A stretch of 64,000 bases of DNA from Clostridia bacterium (GTDB lineage: Bacteria; Bacillota; Clostridia; UMGS1810): the NCBI GenBank assembly GCA_045538875.1, contig JAZQEG010000003.1, positions 19-64,018 of the forward strand, read 5' to 3'. Each line of letters starts with the position of its first letter. The stretch's first letter is position 1. The notes below the pieces were generated by a model, which had not been told where the DNA came from, made no database searches, and saw only the letters and a list, made by a program, of their open reading frames with translations. The position numbers and the translations under genes were made by a program. Positions 19,376 to 28,221 of the stretch are shown in pieces.

Positions 19376-20650
19376 ATGTCAGATTATAAAATAGAAACAA
19401 AATGTATTCAGTCGGGCTACTCTCCCGAAAATGGCGAACCGAGAGTATTGCCAATATATCAGAGTACCACATGGAAATATGGTTCAACAGAGCAGATGGG
19501 CAAGCTTTTTGACCTCGAAGAGAGCGGATATTTTTATACCCGCCTTGCAAACCCCACAAATGATGCTGTTGCTGCAAAAATTGCCGATTTAGAGGGCGGT
19601 GTTGCCGCAATGCTTACCTCATCGGGTCAGGCAGCGTGCTTTTATTCTATATTTAACATATGCGAAGCAGGCGATCACTTTATTTGTTCAACAAGTGTGT
19701 ACGGGGGCACATTCAACCTTTTTGGCGTTACAATGAAAAAGCTCGGAATAGAAGTAACATTTGTAGACCCCGACTGTGATGAGGCTACACTTAATGCAGC
19801 ATTCCGTGACAACACAAAAGCAGTTTTTGGCGAAACAATTGCCAACCCTGCGCTTGTTGTGCTTGATATAGAAAAATGGGCAAAAGTAGCGCATAGTCAC
19901 AAAGTACCTCTCATTATAGACAACACATTTGCAACACCTGTTAACTGCCGTCCTTTTGAATGGGGTGCAGATATTGTTGTGCACTCAACAACAAAATATA
20001 TGGACGGCCACGCAACAAGCGTTGGCGGCTGCGTTGTAGACAGCGGCAACTTTGACTGGGAGGCAAGCGGAAAGTTCCCTGGCCTTACCACTCCAGATGA
20101 CTCATATCACGGCATCACATATACCAAAAAGTTTGGCAAGGCTGCATATATAACCAAGCTTACCGCTCAGGTTATGAGAGATTTGGGCTCAATACCATCT
20201 CCGCACAATGCATTTTTGCTTAATATAGGGCTCGAAACATTGCCTTTGCGTATGGAGCGTCATTGCTATAATGCTCAAAAGGTTGCCGAGTATCTTGCAT
20301 CAAACGATAAAATATCATGGGTTAAATATTGCGGATTACCAGGCGACAAATACTACGACCTTGGCAGGAAGTATCTGCCAAATGGCTCCTGCGGTGTTAT
20401 ATCCTTTGGTGTAAAAGGCGGTAGAGAGGCTGCAGTTAAATTTATGGACAGCTTAAAGCTTGCTGCAATTGTAACACATGTTGCCGATGCACGAACAAGC
20501 GTACTTCACCCTGCAAGCCATACACACCGTCAGCTTAGTGACGAGGAGCTTGTTGCTGCAGGCGTAACGCCCGACCTTATCAGGTTTTCGGTAGGTATCG
20601 AAAATGTTGACGATATAATTGCCGATATTGAGCAGGCACTTAATAATTAA
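19376..20650 (+). CDS. metY: O-acetylhomoserine sulfhydrylase / aminocarboxypropyltransferase
   Basis: 424 aa. Cys/Met-metabolism PLP enzyme with the PLP-lysine context HSTTKYMDGHATS. Confidence 0.9.
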   Translation: MSDYKIETKCIQSGYSPENGEPRVLPIYQSTTWKYGSTEQMGKLFDLEESGYFYTRLANPTNDAVAAKIADLEGGVAAMLTSSGQAACFYSIFNICEAGDHFICSTSVYGGTFNLFGVTMKKLGIEVTFVDPDCDEATLNAAFRDNTKAVFGETIANPALVVLDIEKWAKVAHSHKVPLIIDNTFATPVNCRPFEWGADIVVHSTTKYMDGHATSVGGCVVDSGNFDWEASGKFPGLTTPDDSYHGITYTKKFGKAAYITKLTAQVMRDLGSIPSPHNAFLLNIGLETLPLRMERHCYNAQKVAEYLASNDKISWVKYCGLPGDKYYDLGRKYLPNGSCGVISFGVKGGREAAVKFMDSLKLAAIVTHVADARTSVLHPASHTHRQLSDEELVAAGVTPDLIRFSVGIENVDDIIADIEQALNN

Positions 20651-20671
20651 TTGTTAAAGGGATTTTGAACT

Positions 20672-21589
20672 ATGCCAATTAAAATACCAAACGGGCTTCC
20701 TGCAACGGAAACCCTTTGCAACGAAAATATATTTGTAATTAATGAAACACGAGCAGTAACTCAGGACATACGTCCGCTCAAAATACTTTTACTCAACCTT
20801 ATGCCAACCAAAATTGCAACCGAAACACAGTTTGCAAGGCTGCTTGGCAACAGCCCGCTTCAAGTTGAAATGGAGCTTTTGCAAACGGCAACTCACAGCT
20901 CAACTCATACATCGGCAGAGCATATGCTAAGCTTTTATAAAACCTTTGACCAAATTAAGCATCAAAAGTTTGACGGCATGGTTATAACAGGCGCACCTGT
21001 TGAGCATATGCCATTTGAAGAGGTAAACTACTGGCAGGAGCTATGCGAAATAATGGAATGGAGCAAAACTCACGTAACAAGCACCCTGCACATATGCTGG
21101 GCTGCACAGGCGGGTATGTATTACCACTACGGCATTAACAAGGTACCAACAGATAAAAAGTTTTTTGGCATTTTTCCTCACACGGCAGACTACAAAAATT
21201 CTATGCTGCTACGAGGGTTTGACGATGTGTTTAATGTGCCGCAGTCAAGGCATACAACTGTTATGCGTGAGGACATTGAAAAGGTAGATGAGCTTAAAAT
21301 TATTGCTTCGTCGGAGGAAACAGGTGTGTTTATTGTTACCACCGACAAAGGCAAGCAGATATTTGTTACAGGCCATCTTGAGTACGATGCAACAACACTT
21401 CGTGACGAATATTTAAGAGACAAAAACAAAGGCATCAGCATTGACATGCCCAAAAATTATTTTCCTGATGACGATGATACAAAAATGCCTGTGGTTACAT
21501 GGCGCTCATGTGCAAACCTTATGTTTTCTAACTGGCTCAACTACTTTGTATATCAAACAACTCCATACGATATAAATTCTATTGAGTAA
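20672..21589 (+). CDS. metA: Homoserine O-acyltransferase (MetA/HTS family)
   Basis: 305 aa. [11 protein letters not shown], active-site Cys context [11 protein letters not shown], and SRHT. Confidence 0.92.
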   Translation: MPIKIPNGLPATETLCNENIFVINETRAVTQDIRPLKILLLNLMPTKIATETQFARLLGNSPLQVEMELLQTATHSSTHTSAEHMLSFYKTFDQIKHQKFDGMVITGAPVEHMPFEEVNYWQELCEIMEWSKTHVTSTLHICWAAQAGMYYHYGINKVPTDKKFFGIFPHTADYKNSMLLRGFDDVFNVPQSRHTTVMREDIEKVDELKIIASSEETGVFIVTTDKGKQIFVTGHLEYDATTLRDEYLRDKNKGISIDMPKNYFPDDDDTKMPVVTWRSCANLMFSNWLNYFVYQTTPYDINSIE

Positions 21590-21640
21590 AATATAAGTTT
21601 TCAGACAAACTATTGTGTGACAAAAAATTCGGAGGAATTT

Positions 21641-22366
21641 ATGCTTGAATTAAAAAATGTTTCTTTTTCCGCCGAGGGTGAAAATGGAACCAAGGATATT
21701 ATAAAAAATGTCAGCTTTACCGCAAGCGAGCGTTTTGTTGCAATTACAGGGCCAAACGGCGGCGGCAAATCCACACTGGCAAAATTAATAGCAGGCGTTA
21801 TAAAGCCAACATCAGGGCAAATTTTGTTTGACGGCAAGGATATTACCAATATGTCAATTACCCAAAGGGCAAACAGCGGCATATCCTTTGCACTTCAGCA
21901 GCCCGTGCGTTTTAAGGGCATTACCGTGCGCGACCTTATTATGCTTGCAGCAGGCAAGCAAATAAGCGTAAGCGAGGCGTGCAATTATCTTTCGCAGGTG
22001 GGGCTTTGCGCAAGGGATTACCTCAACCGTGAGGTAAATGCAAGCTTGTCGGGCGGTGAGCTTAAAAGGATCGAAATTGCAACTGTCCTTGCCCGCGGTA
22101 CAAAGCTCACTGTGTTTGACGAGCCCGAGGCAGGTATTGACCTGTGGAGCTTTAACAACCTGATAAATGTTTTTGAAAAAATGTACAATAGTATAAATGG
22201 TTCAATTATTATTATTTCGCATCAGGAGCGTATACTCAACATAGCAGACAAAATAATAGTGGTTGCAGACGGCATCATCGACAAAATCGGTACAAAGGAT
22301 GAAATACTCCCTGAGCTTTTGGGTGCGTCAACTGTTTGCAGTACACTTGCCGACAAATTATCTTAA
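21641..22366 (+). CDS. sufC: SufC-type Fe-S cluster assembly ABC ATPase
   Basis: Walker A GPNGGGKST, signature LSGGELKR, Walker B LTVFDEPEAGID. Start taken at the ATG after GGAGGA; the ORF-track GTG lies 24 nt upstream. Confidence 0.85.
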   Translation: MLELKNVSFSAEGENGTKDIIKNVSFTASERFVAITGPNGGGKSTLAKLIAGVIKPTSGQILFDGKDITNMSITQRANSGISFALQQPVRFKGITVRDLIMLAAGKQISVSEACNYLSQVGLCARDYLNREVNASLSGGELKRIEIATVLARGTKLTVFDEPEAGIDLWSFNNLINVFEKMYNSINGSIIIISHQERILNIADKIIVVADGIIDKIGTKDEILPELLGASTVCSTLADKLS

Positions 22367-22378
22367 GGAGGTAATGCA

Positions 22379-23296
22379 ATGGATGCAATTCAAAAACAAC
22401 TGCTTGCTGCCGTAGCAGACCTTCACGAAGTGCCCGAGGGAGCATACAACATCCGCTCCGACGGGCAGATGTACGGCAGAAACACAACAGCAAATATAGA
22501 TATAGTAACAAAAACAAATGTGCAGGGTATTGACATTATAATTAAGCCCGGCACAAAAAACGAAAGTGTGCACATTCCTGTACTTCTTGCAAAAGCAGGT
22601 ATGCGCGAAACTGTGTACAACGATTTTTTCATAGGTGACGACTGCGACATAACAATTGTTGCAGGCTGCGGCATTCACAACAGCGGCAGCGAGGCAAGCG
22701 AGCACAGCGGTATTCACTCCTTCCATATAGGCAAAAACGCAAAGGTTCGCTATGTGGAAAAGCACTATGGTTCGGGTGATGGCAATGGCGAAAGAATTAT
22801 GAACCCTACCACCATTATAGAAATTGACGAGGGCGGTTATCTTAAGATGGAAACCACCCAGATAAAAGGTGTGGATTCTACAATCCGCAAAACTGAGGCA
22901 AAGCTTAAAGATAACGCAACCCTTATTATCAACGAAAAGCTTATGACACATGGCAACCAGTTTGCAAAAACAGATTTTAAAGTAGACCTTGACGGCGAAA
23001 ACTGCAGTGCAAATGTGGTGTCGCGCTCTGTTGCAAAGGACAATTCAAAGCAGGAGTTTTATTCTGCAATAAATGGCAACAATGTGTGCACAGGCCATAC
23101 AGAATGTGATGCAATTATTATGGATAATGCAATTGTTACTGCAATCCCCGAAATTACTGCATCAAATATAGATGCTCAGCTTATTCACGAGGCGGCAATC
23201 GGCAAAATAGCGGGTGAGCAGCTTATTAAGCTTATGACTCTGGGCCTTACCGAGCAGGAGGCAGAGGAGCAGATAGTAAACGGATTTTTGAAATAA
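22379..23296 (+). CDS. Short SufB/SufD-family Fe-S assembly scaffold protein
   Basis: 305 aa. C-terminal SufBD signature HEAAIGKIAGEQLIKLMTLGLTEQEAEEQIVNGFL. It is much shorter than canonical SufB, which I recall as about 470 aa. Confidence 0.8.
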   Translation: MDAIQKQLLAAVADLHEVPEGAYNIRSDGQMYGRNTTANIDIVTKTNVQGIDIIIKPGTKNESVHIPVLLAKAGMRETVYNDFFIGDDCDITIVAGCGIHNSGSEASEHSGIHSFHIGKNAKVRYVEKHYGSGDGNGERIMNPTTIIEIDEGGYLKMETTQIKGVDSTIRKTEAKLKDNATLIINEKLMTHGNQFAKTDFKVDLDGENCSANVVSRSVAKDNSKQEFYSAINGNNVCTGHTECDAIIMDNAIVTAIPEITASNIDAQLIHEAAIGKIAGEQLIKLMTLGLTEQEAEEQIVNGFLK

Positions 23297-23371
23297 GGCT
23301 TCAACAATACTCTCATCCTTTGTCACAGCTCCTTGTGCCGTAACTTTGTACGTACTTAATAAAATTTAAGG

Positions 23372-23406
23372 TACCCGTTTGTTTATATAGCAAACGGGTA
23401 TTTTGC
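23372..23406 (+). terminator. Rho-independent terminator after the suf pair
   Basis: TACCCGTTTG-loop-CAAACGGGTA followed by TTTTG. Confidence 0.75.
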
Positions 23407-23551
23407 TGTACTTTTTATAGTGCACATAAAATGATATTCTGTATTTGACACAAGGATTAGCCGTTGGAGAGCTATCCGACGGCTGCTCTGATGAAAATTG
23501 GTGAATGGGTAAAAAACATAGTTTTTAAATGTCGAAATTGGTTAATTATAC

Positions 23552-23580
23552 TTGAATTTTTGATATGTAAATAGTATACT
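23552..23580 (+). promoter_or_regulatory. Sigma-A-type promoter of the orphan three-gene operon
   Basis: TTGAAT, 17-nt spacer, TATACT, located 31 nt upstream of the ATG. RBS GGAGGA. Confidence 0.6.
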
Positions 23581-23610
23581 GAAATTACAATCATACTTTG
23601 GAGGAATGTT

Positions 23611-24360
23611 ATGAGCACAAAAAATTTGTTTGCAAAATTATTTAAAAGAAGCAATTGTGCATTTGTTGCCGAAGTTGAACAAGATAATGGCCCAAAACCT
23701 ATTAAAAAGTATACGCTTATTGATTTGATGGACAGGGCAATAATTGCACCCGAAAACATTTATGTGCCAATGAGTATAAAAATGTTTGAGGATAAATGCT
23801 GTTTTGAATTTAATGTAGTGCAAAAAGATGAAAACGGCTTTATGAAAGGTGTGACGCATAGCTTTGAAACACAGTACTCACCGGGTCAGTCGAATATAGA
23901 TATTGTTATTGAAAATGTTAAATTTACCTGGGACGATGAAGATACATTTTTCCGCTGGATTCCCTACGGTGAGGCTGAAAGCTGCAGAAAATTTAATAAC
24001 TGGATAGAGTATTTTACAAACGGCGAGCTTCGTATACAAAAAGAATACGCCGACCACAATTTATCACCACAAGCTATTGAATATGCATTTTACACATGCG
24101 ATGAATATTATTCCTGGAACGTATGGGACGGCTCTTATGCCCCAATAATGTTTGAAATACCTGCGGTGTTTGACAAAATAGAGGGAAATGCTCTTTTTGA
24201 ATACTTTGCGGCAGATATGATAAAAGCTGTAAGAGATTTGTCGTATACCGACAGATATTACGAAAAAAAGCTCACGGGTATGTCTATTCCTATGATGTAT
24301 GAAGAGTATCAAAAAAACGAAAAACGTACTCTTTGGAAGCCTGATAATAATGTTAATTAA
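23611..24360 (+). CDS. Hypothetical protein A (no recognisable domain)
   Basis: 249-aa ORF with RBS TTGGAGGAA. Rich in aromatic residues (W/Y/F). No motif I can assign. Confidence 0.65.
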   Translation: MSTKNLFAKLFKRSNCAFVAEVEQDNGPKPIKKYTLIDLMDRAIIAPENIYVPMSIKMFEDKCCFEFNVVQKDENGFMKGVTHSFETQYSPGQSNIDIVIENVKFTWDDEDTFFRWIPYGEAESCRKFNNWIEYFTNGELRIQKEYADHNLSPQAIEYAFYTCDEYYSWNVWDGSYAPIMFEIPAVFDKIEGNALFEYFAADMIKAVRDLSYTDRYYEKKLTGMSIPMMYEEYQKNEKRTLWKPDNNVN

Positions 24361-24374
24361 CGGAGGAAAATAAA

Positions 24375-26081
24375 ATGTTCAGATACAGCTTAAATGAATT
24401 GTTAAATGACAAAGAATTATGCAAAAAGGTAATTACAAAAAAATTATATCTTTATGACGGTGGCGGAGTGTTTAAAGCTCTTGATTTTGAAAACAACAGT
24501 ATGCGCTACAATCACATAAAGGCATTTGAGCAATTGTATAAAATTGGCGGCAAAAAGCTGTTTGATGCAATTTTAAATGAGGGTAAAACCTGCCTTGCCG
24601 ATAACCCTAATGCAGCAAAGGTTGGTGTTGTGGCAATAGAGGGAGCAGACGGCTACTATCTCAAATCAAATGTAAGCGCAATAGTTGCATTTATGTCGAT
24701 ACTTAATGCGCTAAAGCATATCGGCGATGTAGAAGAGTTGTTTGATATGGACGATATTTATGTTGAATATGAGGATATAAAAGAAGAGATACTTGCAGAC
24801 GTATCGGAGGAGGATATGGAATATATGGAAAAGCTTGACCGAATTCATAGCGGAGAACAAGACGAACAATCTGAACAGACAGAGAGTTTTGAAACGTATG
24901 ACGAATCACTTGATGAACAGGAGGTTTATGAGCAGAAACTGGAAGTTTGCCAGAGTGATTCCGGATACTTTTTATGTGATGCCGAAACAGGAGAAAGAGT
25001 AAGTTTTGAATGCAATAATGGTATTCAGACAGAAACTATTTCTCTTATGTATAATTTACAGCATATCAGTTATAAAGAAAAAGTGGGTACAAGTTATAAT
25101 AATGGTATTGAAGAGGATGTCACCGAAGAAAGAACATGCGGATATCGTTATCAACTTGAAAAAGACGGAAAATGGGGCTTTATAAGTGAACATTTTGCAT
25201 ATTTTGTATACCCTATATACAGTGATATATGTGTAACTGAAAAAGGTGATATACTTGGATATTATTTTTCGGGTGATTCAGCCATAGATATATCTGTAGC
25301 GTACTCGGCGGAATATATAGACGAAAATAATTTTTCCGAATACGATAAAACACTTCACGATGCCCAATATAAATATGTGTGCAATGACAAATCAAAATCG
25401 TTGTATCTGTTCCGCAATCTGCCTACAGAATTTATTGTTGACAGCAAAATGGATGTGTCATATTGTCACGACGGATTTTTGGTAGAAGGGATTGCGATTA
25501 CCAAAAATGAGTTGTTTTCCAATCTATTAAACAAGGGCGTATACAGATGCGTAGATAAAAATGATTCCTTCTGTGGAGGAGTTGAACAATTTTTTACTCA
25601 ATGCAAAAATGGAATACTAACAATGGAATTGGCAAATTCGTTTATCGAAAAGAAAAAGCAGGCACCCGCTTCGGGGGTTTTTGCAAAACACTGTAAGATT
25701 GCTTACAACTGGGAGTCAAAAGACGGAATTGAGTATATAACCAGATTAGATGATGATATATATATTGCAAAAAAAGAGGGGTATTATGGTCTTGTGAGAT
25801 ATAATATCGACAAGTGTATGATACAGGAATTTGAAACACCCTTTGCTTTTACAAAAATATGTTCTGCAATAGCGGATCCTTGCTTTGAAATTGATTATTG
25901 CTATATTGAACGCTTTGGCAAAAAAGGTGTATACAACTACAAAAAACATTGCTACACAGTTCCGTGTGAATACGAAAAGATAGCAAGAAAAGAGGACGGA
26001 TTTTTGGTATGCAAATGCGGTTTTTGCGGGAAAATCGGTTTTGACAGCGAATGGATTGAGCATTTGCATCGGGAGGAATAA
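24375..26081 (+). CDS. Hypothetical protein B with C-terminal WG-type beta repeats
   Basis: 568 aa, 14 nt after gene A, RBS CGGAGGAAA. It has an acidic linker (EEILADVSEEDMEYMEKLD...DEQSEQTESFETYDESLDEQE). Repeats resemble the WG/KWG repeat family (DGKWGFISEHF, EGYYGLVRYN, GKKGVYNYKK, CGKIGFDSEW). Confidence 0.65.
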   Translation: MFRYSLNELLNDKELCKKVITKKLYLYDGGGVFKALDFENNSMRYNHIKAFEQLYKIGGKKLFDAILNEGKTCLADNPNAAKVGVVAIEGADGYYLKSNVSAIVAFMSILNALKHIGDVEELFDMDDIYVEYEDIKEEILADVSEEDMEYMEKLDRIHSGEQDEQSEQTESFETYDESLDEQEVYEQKLEVCQSDSGYFLCDAETGERVSFECNNGIQTETISLMYNLQHISYKEKVGTSYNNGIEEDVTEERTCGYRYQLEKDGKWGFISEHFAYFVYPIYSDICVTEKGDILGYYFSGDSAIDISVAYSAEYIDENNFSEYDKTLHDAQYKYVCNDKSKSLYLFRNLPTEFIVDSKMDVSYCHDGFLVEGIAITKNELFSNLLNKGVYRCVDKNDSFCGGVEQFFTQCKNGILTMELANSFIEKKKQAPASGVFAKHCKIAYNWESKDGIEYITRLDDDIYIAKKEGYYGLVRYNIDKCMIQEFETPFAFTKICSAIADPCFEIDYCYIERFGKKGVYNYKKHCYTVPCEYEKIARKEDGFLVCKCGFCGKIGFDSEWIEHLHREE

Positions 26082-26084
26082 TTT

Positions 26085-27917
26085 ATGACTCTTAACCAGG
26101 AAGTTGAAATAATCTATTTATATATTGTTGAAGGCCTTTCAATGGAAAATGTGGGCAAATCAACAGGCTGGGAAACCTCTGTAATTTCTGAAACGGTGCG
26201 TGACTATGGTTTTAATAATGATTCGCACCAGAGGTCAGGCTGGCAAAGCGGCAAAGACAGAGGCAGATACGCAAGAGGAAAAGCTGCCACAAGGGGCGTT
26301 AATGTTACAAGGCAGCTTATAAGGGATTTTTTGCAATGCGCCGACGAGTGGGAATGGGATTTTGAATGGTACATATCCGAAATTGCAAAGGATATTGCCG
26401 AGAAAAACCGCAGCTATCAGCAGCAACAACAGCAACGTGCGGCGCAGCAGCAGAGGGAAATGCAGCAGCGCTTGCAGGCAGAACAAAATGCCAGACAAGA
26501 GCGAGAACGCCGCGAAAGAGAAGCCCGTGAGCAACAGATACGTCAACAGGAATACGAAAGACAGCAAAAGGAACAACAAAAGAAGAATACAAATGAGTAT
26601 TATCGACTGGTAGATATAGGAAAAAAGGCACTTAAAGAAAATCGCCTTCAGCAGGCACTTAATAGTTTTTATGATGCCAGAAAACTGTTTGATGCAATAG
26701 AGCTTTATGCACTTATTGCCGAGGTGCTTGCAAACTCCGGGAACGCAGATACCCATTGTCAGAGTATTATACGTGAGCTTCGTGAATATGAAAATTGCAT
26801 AAAAAGAGATAACAAAGCATTGACCAAAGAGCAGCTTTTGTGGTATGCAAGGGCACTTGCCTGTGCAGGGCAATTGTCAAGTGCTGCCACAAGATATTCT
26901 ATGGCGGCGCATATTGAGTATGACAACAAAAATTATGTTGTGGCAGATGCCATATTTAAAGAAAGCTACAACAAAACAGGAATATTTACAAATTGGGGTA
27001 CGGATAAGTTTTTTAAACTTGCCTACGCAAGAAGCTGTATAGACAATATGACACCTGATGACCACCGCTTTTGTATAGATGCATATATTGAATCCGGCCG
27101 TGAAAAAGAAGGTCCCTTTTCTATAAGTATAGGCAATAAGGCATGGCATTATCTGCAGTTGGGAGAAAATCAAAAGGCGGCAAGTGAGGGTGAGAGTGCA
27201 ATTGTATTTGGCAACAACGAGCCTTATGTATATCATAATCTTGTTGAGGCATATATGAATCTGATGCAGTTTGACAAAGCATACAAAACTATCGAAAAAA
27301 TGGAAAAACTGAAAATCTTGTATCAGCCATGGATAAAAGCTGAATGTATATACCGTGGAAACCTTTTTGGTGATGAATCGTGGAGCAAAGCCGAGGCTTT
27401 GTACAAAAATCAGCTTGCTTTTTACGGATTTCACAGCGAGTCCTGTTACAAACTGATTTGCGGATGCAAATTGGATTACGATGCCTGCGAATACGGACAA
27501 CGTTTTATGACGGACGGACAAAAGGATACGCAAATGTACAAGCAGGCGGCAAGAGCTTTTCTTGAACGTGCCCGAAAATCGGGAAATCAACATTATATAA
27601 ATGTTGCTCTTGATTATAATCCTGAAGAAAAGGCATGGGTAGAAAAACAAAAGGCACAGGAAAAACAGCGTCTTGAACAACTCGAAAGACAACGACTTGA
27701 AAGAGAACGTCTTGAAAGGGAACAACAACACCGCCTTGACGAAGAAAAGAGGCGCCAAGAGGAAGAGCAGCGTCGCCTTGACGAAGAAAAGAGGCGCAAA
27801 GAGGAAGAGCAGCGTCGCCTTGACGAAGAAAAAAGGCAAAAAGAGCAAGAGGAGCTTCGCCTTAAGGAAATTGCAAAGCAAAAACAAGAGCAGGAAATGC
27901 TTATGCTTTTGTTTTAA
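26085..27917 (+). CDS. Hypothetical protein C: N-terminal HTH-like segment, Q/R/E coiled coils, TPR-like middle, charged C-terminal repeats
   Basis: 610 aa, 3 nt after gene B. N-terminus IVEGLSMENVGKSTGWETSVISETVR looks like an HTH. A poly-Q/ER-rich stretch follows (QQQQQQRAAQQQREMQQRLQAEQNARQERERREREAREQQ). The helical-repeat middle looks TPR-like. The C-terminus has three copies of RLDEEKRR.EEEQR. Confidence 0.65.
   Translation: MTLNQEVEIIYLYIVEGLSMENVGKSTGWETSVISETVRDYGFNNDSHQRSGWQSGKDRGRYARGKAATRGVNVTRQLIRDFLQCADEWEWDFEWYISEIAKDIAEKNRSYQQQQQQRAAQQQREMQQRLQAEQNARQERERREREAREQQIRQQEYERQQKEQQKKNTNEYYRLVDIGKKALKENRLQQALNSFYDARKLFDAIELYALIAEVLANSGNADTHCQSIIRELREYENCIKRDNKALTKEQLLWYARALACAGQLSSAATRYSMAAHIEYDNKNYVVADAIFKESYNKTGIFTNWGTDKFFKLAYARSCIDNMTPDDHRFCIDAYIESGREKEGPFSISIGNKAWHYLQLGENQKAASEGESAIVFGNNEPYVYHNLVEAYMNLMQFDKAYKTIEKMEKLKILYQPWIKAECIYRGNLFGDESWSKAEALYKNQLAFYGFHSESCYKLICGCKLDYDACEYGQRFMTDGQKDTQMYKQAARAFLERARKSGNQHYINVALDYNPEEKAWVEKQKAQEKQRLEQLERQRLERERLEREQQHRLDEEKRRQEEEQRRLDEEKRRKEEEQRRLDEEKRQKEQEELRLKEIAKQKQEQEMLMLLF
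27732..27857 (+). repeat. In-frame 42-bp tandem repeat, three copies, inside gene C
   Basis: CGCCTTGACGAAGAAAAGAGGCGC.AAGAGGAAGAGCAGCGT starts at 27732, 27774 and 27816. The third copy is more diverged. Confidence 0.9.
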
Positions 27918-27981
27918 TGTAGCTTACAATAATACCCGTTTGTATACCAAAGTGTACAGATGGGTATTATATTTATGCTTA

Positions 27982-28015
27982 AAAACATCCAAAAATCCGT
28001 ATTTTTGGATGTTTT
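27982..28015 (+). terminator. Hairpin terminator after gene C
   Basis: Perfect 15-bp stem AAAACATCCAAAAAT / ATTTTTGGATGTTTT with loop CCGT. A second hairpin at 27933-27966 precedes it. Confidence 0.6.
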
Positions 28016-28036
28016 AAAAAAAATTACCAAAAAAGC

Positions 28037-28065
28037 TTGACAAATTGCGGGGTATATGATAACAT
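28037..28065 (+). promoter_or_regulatory. Promoter for rpoB-rpoC
   Basis: TTGACA, 17-nt spacer, TAACAT with a TG extended -10 (TGATAACAT). Confidence 0.6.
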
Positions 28066-28221
28066 AGTAAATTGCAATTATAGCCGAATTTGGCAGAAAG
28101 TGATTGTGCAGTATCACAACAAAAGCAAATTTGGTTTACATACAATTTATGTAAAACAGAGATTTTTATGTTAAATTTTTGTTAACAATTGCGACTATTA
28201 ACAGATGAGGTGAGTGATTTT

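Noticed and set aside
26877-27887. 336-aa minus-strand ORF, and similar long antisense ORFs at 26235-26873, 28653-29435, 22358-22951, 46822-47574, 59248-59814, 61056-61637 and 33644-34108
   Set aside because: They lie fully antisense to well-supported genes. Their translations are low-complexity (F/L/S/K-rich mirror images of E/K/Q-rich coding repeats). None has an RBS or a recognisable motif. They are shadow ORFs.
23372-27943. Shared 11-mer TACCCGTTTGT at both flanks of the orphan operon as att-like direct repeats
   Set aside because: Both copies are the 5' arms of hairpins. The tuf terminator uses the same CCGTTTG...CAAACGG stem flavour, so this may just be the genome's common terminator sequence. 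No integrase is present.
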